From: an uncultured Roseiflexus sp.
GTDB lineage: Bacteria; Chloroflexota; Chloroflexia; Chloroflexales; Roseiflexaceae
Assembly (NCBI GenBank): GCA_937935075.1
Contig: CALGYB010000009.1
Span: forward strand, 4,854 to 68,853
DNA: 64,000 nt
Reading direction: 5' to 3'
The position numbers and the translations under genes are program-made. Within the stretch, counting starts at the first letter, position 1. The number at the start of each line of letters is the position of its first letter. Positions 28,078-36,070 of this stretch are shown piece by piece. A model generated the notes under the pieces. The model made no database searches. It had not been told where the DNA came from and saw only the letters and a list, made by a program, of their open reading frames with translations.

Positions 28078-30078
28078 TCATGGCGTAAATGTATCATCAA
28101 ACCGCTCGAACGTTCCATCGGCGTACAGCACATAGATTGTTTTCCCCCGCCCTAACCCCTCACGGCTGTAGATCATCACACCGCCGGTGAATGGTTGATA
28201 CGCGCCTTCGATCTCATCGCTCTGCGGGCGCAGCGCAAAGCCGAGATTCTGGCGCACCCCCGGATTGGCCGCCCAGACGATGCCAAAGGTGTTCGTTGGC
28301 GTCTGCAAGCCTGCGGGTGGCGTCGGCGTGGCCGGTGCGTCGGGCGGCAGCGGCGTCGGAAAGGGGAAACGCTGCCATTCGCCGCGGGCGAAACCAACCA
28401 GGACGTAAATGTCGCCAATGGGCAGGAATGAGATCATACTGCCGCCTTCGAAGCGCTGCTCGGCAAGCGTGCGGTCGCCGCCGCGCTCGATATCGGTCGG
28501 GCATCCGAGACGCTGCGCCACCGTTGCGTTCTTGTTCCAGACCTCACCGAAACCACGGATGGGTTCAATCGGGCAGGGAGTTGGGGTTGGCGTCGCGCTT
28601 GGCGTGGACGTCGCCGTCTCGGTTGGCGTCGCCGACGGCGTCGGTGTGACCGATGGCGTCGGTGTGACCGATGGCGTCGGCGTTGGCGGAACCGGCGTCT
28701 CGGTCGGCGCAGCGGTTGGCGTCGCGGTTGGCGCCGCAGTCGGGCGCGGGGTCGGCGTTGGTGGAATCGGCGTCTCGGTTGGGGTGGCAGTCGCAGTCGG
28801 CGTTGCGGTTGGAGCGGCTGTCGGTTCTGGTGTGTCGGTTGGAGTGGGAGTCCCGCTTGGCGTAGATGTGTGGGTTGGCGTTGCCGTATCGACGACCGGC
28901 GGCGGGATCGGTGTCGGAGCGGGCGGGATCAGCAGCCTGGCGGCCAGCACAACCCCGCCGCCGCCGAGGATCAGGGCGCCAAGCGCCAGCAATGCCAGCA
29001 GCGCCGGATGCAACCGACGGCGCGGCGCTGCTGCAACACCGGTAGCCAGCGGTGTGGGAGGCGGGACGCTTTCCCGCGCAGCGGACGGGCGTACCTCGCC
29101 AATGCCGGTTGGTGCGTCGGGAGCAACGCGCGCCATATCTGGCGTCGGGCGCGGCGCAGCAGCGCCTGCATGGGGCAGCGGCGCTTCCATTCGCTCCGCC
29201 GATTGCAGGGCGCGCGCAAATTCTCCGGCTGTCCGGTAACGGTCGTCTGGCCGGCGCGTCAGCGCCAGGCGAATTGCAGCGCCAATCGGCTGCGGAATGG
29301 TCGGGACGAGCGCCGAGGGGTCGACAATGGCGCCTTCGAGATGTCCCAGCAGCACTTCCTGCGTTGTTCCTTCGAATGGGCTGCGCCCGGTGAGACAGCG
29401 AAACGCCAGCACACCCAGCGCATACACATCGGCGCGCCCGTCGATGCGCGTATCACCGCGGATCTGTTCCGGCGCCATATACTCCGGCGTGCCGACCAGA
29501 AAGCCGGTTGTGGTGGTTCCTGGCGTATCGAGCGCCTTTGCGATGCCAAAATCGGTCAGGATCGCGCGCATACCCGGCGCCGTCAGGCGCACCCGTTCCA
29601 GTGCGGAAGGGTCGCGCCCGTCCCACGGAACGCCCAACCCTTCCAGAATGATATTCGCCGGCTTGATGTCACGGTGAATCACGCCGCGCGCGTGGGCATA
29701 ATCGAGTGCAGCAGCAAGTTGATCGATCAGTGCGGTGGTCTCATCGACCGTCAGGCACTGGCGCGCCCGCAGCACATCGGCGAGCGAGGGACCATCGAGC
29801 AGGCGCATGGCAATGAACGCCAGTCCATTGAACTCGCCAACGTCGTAGATCGGTACAATGCCGGGATGATCGAGACGCGCAGCGAGCACCGCTTCGCGCC
29901 GAAACCGTTCGACGAGCGCGGCATCGCCGAGGAATTGCGGGTAGAGCACTTTCAGCGCCACATCGCGTTGCAGCGCCGTATCGCGCGCGCGGTAGACCGC
30001 CGCCATGCCGCCGCGCCCCAGCAGCGCGATCACTTCATACCGATCCACCCGGCGACCAACCAGATCTTCGAGCCGCAT
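28078..30078 (-). CDS. Membrane Ser/Thr kinase with Pro/Thr-rich stalk and duplicated C-terminal GFG.VW repeat domain
   Basis: GRGGMAAVY, ALKVL, HRDIKPAN, DFG, YMAPE; TM helix; (PT)n stalk; RGFGEVW...LGCP and TFGIVW...LGFA repeats. Confidence 0.93.
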   Translation of the reverse strand: MRLEDLVGRRVDRYEVIALLGRGGMAAVYRARDTALQRDVALKVLYPQFLGDAALVERFRREAVLAARLDHPGIVPIYDVGEFNGLAFIAMRLLDGPSLADVLRARQCLTVDETTALIDQLAAALDYAHARGVIHRDIKPANIILEGLGVPWDGRDPSALERVRLTAPGMRAILTDFGIAKALDTPGTTTTGFLVGTPEYMAPEQIRGDTRIDGRADVYALGVLAFRCLTGRSPFEGTTQEVLLGHLEGAIVDPSALVPTIPQPIGAAIRLALTRRPDDRYRTAGEFARALQSAERMEAPLPHAGAAAPRPTPDMARVAPDAPTGIGEVRPSAARESVPPPTPLATGVAAAPRRRLHPALLALLALGALILGGGGVVLAARLLIPPAPTPIPPPVVDTATPTHTSTPSGTPTPTDTPEPTAAPTATPTATATPTETPIPPTPTPRPTAAPTATPTAAPTETPVPPTPTPSVTPTPSVTPTPSATPTETATSTPSATPTPTPCPIEPIRGFGEVWNKNATVAQRLGCPTDIERGGDRTLAEQRFEGGSMISFLPIGDIYVLVGFARGEWQRFPFPTPLPPDAPATPTPPAGLQTPTNTFGIVWAANPGVRQNLGFALRPQSDEIEGAYQPFTGGVMIYSREGLGRGKTIYVLYADGTFERFDDTFTP

Positions 30079-30088
30079 ACATCTCCTG

Positions 30089-31993
30089 CTACCCGACAAA
30101 AAAGCCATTGACAAACAGGGCGGTCGCCCATGCCAGCAGGATGAGCGCCAAAGGCGTTGCCAGCAGCATGGGGCGACGCTCGATCAGCATTGCCGCAGCA
30201 ATGAATGCGGGCAACGCCAGCAGGACATACCGCGGGAGCGAATGTGAGACATTCGTCAGGTATGCCGGCGCAAGCATCGCAATCGTTGTCAGACCGTACA
30301 CCAGCGGCAGGCGGCGTAGCGCCGCCGCTGTCAACCCGGCGAACGTCAACCAGACGAGCAGTTGAAACACGCGCGTGGTCCAGCGTCCGCTCCAGTGATC
30401 AGCGCCGGCGCTGATCGTCTCGATCATCATCGAGAGTTGCACCCATGGCGGACTCGCCTGCTGATCCCAGATATCGCGCTGGGTCTGCATAAACAGAAAC
30501 GGCGACCCGAAGCGCCACCACTGGTATGCCATAAACAACCCCAGACCGAGCGCCGGCAACAATGGCGCCAGATACGCGCGCGCCAGCGGCGGTCGTCGCC
30601 AACCAGCGTGTTCCAGTAACGCCAGCGCAATGACCGGCGCCATCAACACACCAGGCAGCCGGGTCAGGCTCAGGAGGAATCCGGCGACGCCTGCAAGCAG
30701 CCAGCGCCGGCGGCGTAATCCCCACAGCGTCAGCGCCAGCAACGCCAGCGCTACCGACTCGGCGTACACAGCGCCTAAAAAGAAAGACGTGGGAAAGCAC
30801 AATAGCGTTGCGATCGACCGGTAGGCAATCTGCGCATCGAAGTCGCGCCTGACGACATCGGCGACGATCAACGCCGCAGTGAACAGCGCGCCGTGGGAGA
30901 CGATCAGTCCGGCAGTGACCGCATCGCCTCCGGTGAACGGCAGCGCCATCCGAATGAGGAGCGGGTAGAGCGGAAGAAAGGCCATATTTGCATATTCTTC
31001 CGGCGGATGCTGGTATCCCAGGGTCACAATGCTTAGGTACAGCCGCGAGTCCCACTGCGACCAGGCTGTGCCGATAACCTGATTGAACGGCACAGACAAC
31101 GGGATGGTCAATGCAGACAATGATCCGGCGTCGCTGACGATCCACTGCGCCAGTGGAGCAAGCCAGGCGCCGGTTTGTAATGCCGCCCACGCGACCACCC
31201 AGAGGGTCACACGCCACATGCCGACCAGCACGGCAACCGCGATCAGGGTTCGCCGAACGAGCCAGGATGGCGGATGCGCCGCGAGGGCGCCAAATGCCGC
31301 GACAACCGCTCCTGCAACGCTCCAGAGAACCGGTGACGCGCTCTGACCGCGCAACACCCAGACGACCCATACTGTTCCAATCGCTGCCAGCGCCAGCAGC
31401 ACGAGCGCCAGGCGCCGGTCATCAACCAGCAAGAAGATGGCGAGCCAGGCGCCGCCCATCAGGGTCAGCGCGACGCCCAGCGTTCGCAGCGAAGGCAACG
31501 CCCATCCTGTCGAGCGTATCTCCAGATGGTCGAGCAACAATCCCAACCGACGGGTTTCGCCTGGCGGTTGGGACGTGGCGCTCGTCAGATGCAGCGCCAG
31601 TGCGCCGCGGGCATCGGCGGGCGCCAGGACGCGGAACACCCGTATCGAACCAACGTCGCCAATGGCGATGCTGCGTTCGCCGATTGCGATGCTGACCGGC
31701 ACGAGATCACGCCCACCGGGACCGCCCATCCGCACCAGAACCTCATACGCACCCGCACCGACCATCGGCGCCAGGATGAGCGACCGCCCCTGTGAGTAGG
31801 CATACGACATAGTTGCGTTGCGCTCTGGAGCATACAGGCTGGAAATCGGGACAGGCTGACTGCCGACATCATACACGGCGCGCAGAGGCATCAAGTGCAG
31901 CGCCACAATGGCAGCGAGCATCGCAATGCCTGTTACCAGTGATCCCCAAGCGAAGAACGCGCTGTACCAGAAGAACTGTCGATCAACGACCAT
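30089..31993 (-). CDS. GT-C fold membrane mannosyltransferase-like protein (PIG-V/Mannosyl_trans2 type)
   Basis: QWDSRLYLSIV..GY, AFLPLYP, FP.SFFL.A.Y.ES and QTQ...W motifs, many TM helices. Start moved to ATG 31993; the exact start is uncertain. Confidence 0.8.
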   Translation of the reverse strand: MVVDRQFFWYSAFFAWGSLVTGIAMLAAIVALHLMPLRAVYDVGSQPVPISSLYAPERNATMSYAYSQGRSLILAPMVGAGAYEVLVRMGGPGGRDLVPVSIAIGERSIAIGDVGSIRVFRVLAPADARGALALHLTSATSQPPGETRRLGLLLDHLEIRSTGWALPSLRTLGVALTLMGGAWLAIFLLVDDRRLALVLLALAAIGTVWVVWVLRGQSASPVLWSVAGAVVAAFGALAAHPPSWLVRRTLIAVAVLVGMWRVTLWVVAWAALQTGAWLAPLAQWIVSDAGSLSALTIPLSVPFNQVIGTAWSQWDSRLYLSIVTLGYQHPPEEYANMAFLPLYPLLIRMALPFTGGDAVTAGLIVSHGALFTAALIVADVVRRDFDAQIAYRSIATLLCFPTSFFLGAVYAESVALALLALTLWGLRRRRWLLAGVAGFLLSLTRLPGVLMAPVIALALLEHAGWRRPPLARAYLAPLLPALGLGLFMAYQWWRFGSPFLFMQTQRDIWDQQASPPWVQLSMMIETISAGADHWSGRWTTRVFQLLVWLTFAGLTAAALRRLPLVYGLTTIAMLAPAYLTNVSHSLPRYVLLALPAFIAAAMLIERRPMLLATPLALILLAWATALFVNGFFVG

Positions 31994-32278
31994 TGAGGAA
32001 CCTATCAAAGCCCCCCGCAGATTCCGTGGCTTCGACGCATGAGGGCCTGTCCGAAAAATCGCTGACCGAAGTGCAACCAGGCAGGCGCAGGCATTACCTT
32101 CGCCTACCCAACGAGCTTTTCCGGATAGGCACTTAGTCCGGCATCGCCTGGTCTGGTCTGCGAAGGCGGGCTTCGCTTGCCATAGCCTCCGCACGGGTAA
32201 GCTGCGGGAGGCTCCTCACTCTCACGACAGCGATTATAGCATCTGCAACCAGATGCGCAATGTGTTACAATCGGAGGC

Positions 32279-35062
32279 ATGGATAACATACGCCGAAACC
32301 GTCGTTCTCGACTGCTGGGGCGCGCGCCGCTGCCGCCGGGTATGCTCCGGCGCGGGCGCACTGTTGAACCGGACGTGCGGATGGGCGGCGTGCTGGCGCG
32401 CCTGTTACTGGCACTCCTGGCGCTGAGCGTCGTGATAGCGCTGGGAGTCGTCGGAGTGGCGTACAGCGCCTATAGCGATCTTGCCGCATCGCTCAAACCG
32501 CGCCTGGCAGCCATCGAGAACCGCGAGAGTTTTGAAACCACGCGGTTGTACGACCGCAATGGGCAACTCCTCTACGAGTTCTTTGGCGCCGGAAAACGCA
32601 CCCGCGTATCGATCGACCAGGTTTCAACCTACCTGATCAGCGCCACGGTCGCCATCGAGGATCGCACGTTCTTCGAGAATCGCGGCGTCGATTACCTGGG
32701 CATCGCGCGCACGCTGCTGACCAGCCTCCAGGCAGGCGAGGAAACCGGCGGCGCTTCGACCATCACGCAGCAGTTGATCAAAAACGTCGTGCTGAGCGAC
32801 GAGGAGCGCCGGTACGAAAACCGGTATCAGCGCAAGATCACCGAGATTATTCTGGCGCAGGAACTCTCGGAGCAGTACTCGAAGAACGACATTCTCGAGT
32901 TGTATCTGAACGAGATCTACTACGGCAACCTGGCATATGGCATCGAAGCCGCATCCAACGTCTATTTCGGCATTCCGGCGAAGGACCTGAACCTGCCGCA
33001 GGCGGCGCTCCTGGCGGGGTTGCCGCAGTTGCCGAATGTCTACGATCCGTTCAACTATCTCGACGGCGGCGTGCTCAAAGGTGTGCGCCTGGAAGATGGC
33101 TGGCTCAGCCCATCATACCGCCTGCCGACCGGCGCCCCGCCGCCGAAGTGGCGGCAGGTCGCTGTGCTGCGGCAGATGGTGGACGAAGGGATTATCACGG
33201 ATCAGGTCGCCCGTCGCGCTGCGGCGGTCGATCTCACCTTCGCCAGCCAGGACGTGCCGCTCAATGCGCCGCACTTCGTCTTCTACGTGCGCCGTCTGCT
33301 GGAGGAAGAGTACGGTCCGCAATTCGCCAATATGGGGCTGTCGGTCTACACGACCATCGACCTCGATCTCCAGCGGATGGCACAGGAGAAGGCTGCTGAA
33401 CGCATCCAGGAATTGGAAGAGCGCAATATCCACAACGCGGCGGTCGTCATTCTTCAGCCAAACACGGGCCAGATTCTGGCAATGGTCGGCAGCATCGATT
33501 ACAACGCAACGATTCCGACGAAAACCCCCGGCGAAACGGGCAATGTGCTCGATGGGCAGGTCAATGTCACGGTGCGCGAGCGACAACCCGGATCGGCGCT
33601 CAAGCCCTTCACCTATCTGGCGGCAATGGAACGCGGCATGACGCCGGAGACGGTCATCTGGGACGTGCCGACGAAGTTCCCGCTGATCGCAGGCGAGTGG
33701 TACGAGCCGCAGAACTACAACGGCCGCTGGAACGGTCCGGTGCGAATGCGTGCGGCGCTTGCCAACTCACTGAACATGCCGGCGGTCAAGGCGCTGAAGT
33801 TTGCCGGCATCGATCAGACCATCGGGCTGCTGCGCCGCGCCGGTATCACCACGCTCCAGCGCGGCAGCGGGTTCTACGGGCTGGCGCTGACCCTGGGAGG
33901 CGGTGAAGTGACGCCGCTGGAATTGACCGCCGCCTACAACACCCTGGCAAGCGGCGGGCGCTACTATCCGCCGGTCGCCATTCTGAAGGTTGTCGATTCA
34001 AACGGACGGACGCTGCAGGAGTTCCGACCAACGCTCCGCCCGCAGACGCTCAATCCGGATCATGTCGCAATCATTACCGACATCTTGAGCGACGACACAG
34101 CGCGCGCGCCGGTCTGGGGGTTGAACAGCAAACTGAAACTCTCTCGTCCGGCGGCGGTCAAAACCGGCACCTCGAACGACTGGCGCGACGCCTGGGCCGT
34201 CGGATACACGCCGTATGCGACCGTCGGCGTGTGGACCGGCAACAACAACAATGAACCAACGAAGAAAGTTGAGAGTCTGACTGGCGGCGGTGTGATCTGG
34301 CACAATATTATGGAAGAATTGTTTGCCGATCCGAAGTTTCAGCGGCTGCTCGCCGAACCGTATCCCGATGGTCGTTTGCCGCTCGATTTTACGAAACCTT
34401 CGTGGCTGGTGCGTAAACCGATCTGCCCGCTGCCGGGACCCTACCACGTCTCGAGGGAGGAACTGTTTGCGCCGGATATGCTGCCCGCCGGCTCTGCGCA
34501 GGTTTCCGACACGGCGCAACTCTGCCGTGATGTGTTCACCGAGGTACAGGTTGTGCGGTTGAGCGATGCTCCTATCGAGGCAACCAGTCTCATTACCGAT
34601 ACCGCGATTGCAGGGCAATGGTACTGCACCCCCGGCGAGGGGCAGGGCGCAGCGTCAGAACAGGTGACGACTATCCTGACCTGGAACGTGCCGCCGCCCG
34701 ACCCGGATGAGCAGATCGTGTACCGATGGGAAGGGATGAGCGCTTCGATTGGCGACCGAACTGTCGCGCCGGTCATTGCCTCTGCCATTCCTGCGTGCAC
34801 GGCAGATATGCTCATTCCCTACGCGCCGCCCACGCCGGGCGCAGTGCGCATGCCGGATCTGCGGCGCTTCGGCGAGAACCAGGCGAAGGAGCAACTGGCC
34901 GCGCTTGGCATTTTCAACATCTATGTCGATTACCAGACGCGCGACCGCATTCCCGATGTGTTCGACGAATACGCCCCGTATGCCGTCGTGAGCACCCTGC
35001 CGTCCGCCGGTGAGTGGATCGACCCGAATATGACCGTTGTGCTTGGCGTGCGCGCGCCGTAG
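32279..35062 (+). CDS. Class A penicillin-binding protein (PBP1A) with C-terminal PASTA-like domain
   Basis: GT51 motifs EDRTF, GASTITQQLIKN and RKITE; transpeptidase SALK, SLN and KTG motifs; VRMPDL.R PASTA-like end. Confidence 0.95.
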   Translation: MDNIRRNRRSRLLGRAPLPPGMLRRGRTVEPDVRMGGVLARLLLALLALSVVIALGVVGVAYSAYSDLAASLKPRLAAIENRESFETTRLYDRNGQLLYEFFGAGKRTRVSIDQVSTYLISATVAIEDRTFFENRGVDYLGIARTLLTSLQAGEETGGASTITQQLIKNVVLSDEERRYENRYQRKITEIILAQELSEQYSKNDILELYLNEIYYGNLAYGIEAASNVYFGIPAKDLNLPQAALLAGLPQLPNVYDPFNYLDGGVLKGVRLEDGWLSPSYRLPTGAPPPKWRQVAVLRQMVDEGIITDQVARRAAAVDLTFASQDVPLNAPHFVFYVRRLLEEEYGPQFANMGLSVYTTIDLDLQRMAQEKAAERIQELEERNIHNAAVVILQPNTGQILAMVGSIDYNATIPTKTPGETGNVLDGQVNVTVRERQPGSALKPFTYLAAMERGMTPETVIWDVPTKFPLIAGEWYEPQNYNGRWNGPVRMRAALANSLNMPAVKALKFAGIDQTIGLLRRAGITTLQRGSGFYGLALTLGGGEVTPLELTAAYNTLASGGRYYPPVAILKVVDSNGRTLQEFRPTLRPQTLNPDHVAIITDILSDDTARAPVWGLNSKLKLSRPAAVKTGTSNDWRDAWAVGYTPYATVGVWTGNNNNEPTKKVESLTGGGVIWHNIMEELFADPKFQRLLAEPYPDGRLPLDFTKPSWLVRKPICPLPGPYHVSREELFAPDMLPAGSAQVSDTAQLCRDVFTEVQVVRLSDAPIEATSLITDTAIAGQWYCTPGEGQGAASEQVTTILTWNVPPPDPDEQIVYRWEGMSASIGDRTVAPVIASAIPACTADMLIPYAPPTPGAVRMPDLRRFGENQAKEQLAALGIFNIYVDYQTRDRIPDVFDEYAPYAVVSTLPSAGEWIDPNMTVVLGVRAP

Positions 35063-35686
35063 TCACATGCCTGTGACGATGCGCGCGGCAATGGCCGCAA
35101 TCTTCGCGCCATAATCGACGCCAGGGCTGGCCCATCCCTGTCCCGTCGGGTTATGCACCTTGCCGAGTTGCTTGAGGATTGGCGCCGAGCCGCGCATGCG
35201 CGCCGGCAGCGCGCGGTACCGCAGCGCGCGCTCGATGGCGGCGCGTTGCACCGGATTCTCCGCGCCGATGGGAAGCGCATACGCCAGCAACCGCCCGACA
35301 TGCGCCGGTATCGCGTCGTGCTCCCAGGTGGCAAAACTGACCCCCGCTTCCCACAGCCGCCGCTGCGTGTTGTACGCCCAGCCATTGGTATTTGGCGGCG
35401 GAGTCATCTGCTTTTGACCGGTGACGCCGATCCCCGCCGGATTGCGTTGCGGACGCGCTGCCCAGAAACTGGTCAGATTGCCGGTTTCGTGGATCATCTG
35501 CGCCACCGCCAGCGTCGGATCGATGCCGACCTCGGCGCACAGGCGCCAGTATGTCGGCACAATGACCGCTTCGATGTCCTGCGCCGTGTACTCGCCGTGT
35601 GGACGCGCCAGGATGAAGGCTGCCAGTTGCGCGACGCTGGCGGTTGGTCTGCCAAGGATCGGCGTCTGTTCGGTAAACAAGGGCAT
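35063..35686 (-). CDS. Glucosaminidase (GH73-like) peptidoglycan hydrolase domain protein
   Basis: GIDP.LAVAQMIHETG, NPAGIG, F.TW..AI.AH, WAS...YG.KI motifs. Confidence 0.8.
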   Translation of the reverse strand: MPLFTEQTPILGRPTASVAQLAAFILARPHGEYTAQDIEAVIVPTYWRLCAEVGIDPTLAVAQMIHETGNLTSFWAARPQRNPAGIGVTGQKQMTPPPNTNGWAYNTQRRLWEAGVSFATWEHDAIPAHVGRLLAYALPIGAENPVQRAAIERALRYRALPARMRGSAPILKQLGKVHNPTGQGWASPGVDYGAKIAAIAARIVTGM

Positions 35687-35744
35687 GTCCTTATCGAGCG
35701 ATCAATCAGATGTTGCACAATAATGACCCGTCTTGACCGTCCTG

Positions 35745-35785
35745 CGGCGGACGTTGGCTTCGACAGGCTCAGCCAACGTCCGCCG
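35745..35785. repeat. REP-like hairpin, TTCGACAGGCTCA loop
   Basis: CGGCGGACGTTGGC, TTCGACAGGCTCA, GCCAACGTCCGCCG (14-bp stem). Confidence 0.85.
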
Positions 35786-35833
35786 TGCCACATCCTTGAT
35801 TGTCCGTGTTTGACTTCACTGCAAAAAGCTGTC

Positions 35834-36027
35834 AACCACGAAGGTCACACAGAGACACACAGGAAATGCGCTTCATGTTTCTTCACCTTCGTGTGCTTCG
35901 TGTCCCTGGTGGTGAAGCCTTCCATGACTTCACCGCAAAAAGCAACCACGAAGGTCGCCAAGGGACACAAAGGAAATGATCTTCATGTTTATTCACCTTC
36001 GTGCGCTTCGTGTCCCTGGTGGTGAAG
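35834..36027. repeat. Two tandem copies of the AACCACGAAGG element (same family as 2588-2888)
   Basis: Units at 35834 and 35944: AACCACGAAGGTC...ACAC..AGGAAATG..CTTCATGTTT.TTCACCTTCGTG.GCTTCGTGTCCCTGGTGGT. Confidence 0.85.
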
Positions 36028-36028
36028 G

Positions 36029-36059
36029 GGGTAGGCGAAGGCGCCGCCTTCGCCTACCC
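36029..36059. terminator. GTAG-type palindrome just downstream of the surface protein gene
   Basis: GGGTAGGCGAAGGC, GCC, GCCTTCGCCTACCC (14-bp stem), 11 bp from the stop at 36071. Confidence 0.6.
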
Positions 36060-36070
36060 GGCTACCCGGC

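Noticed and set aside
28409-29239. Val/Gly-rich 276-aa + strand ORF and the underlying DNA repeats
   Set aside because: Mirror of the Pro/Thr stalk codons of the kinase; coding low complexity, not a separate gene or element.
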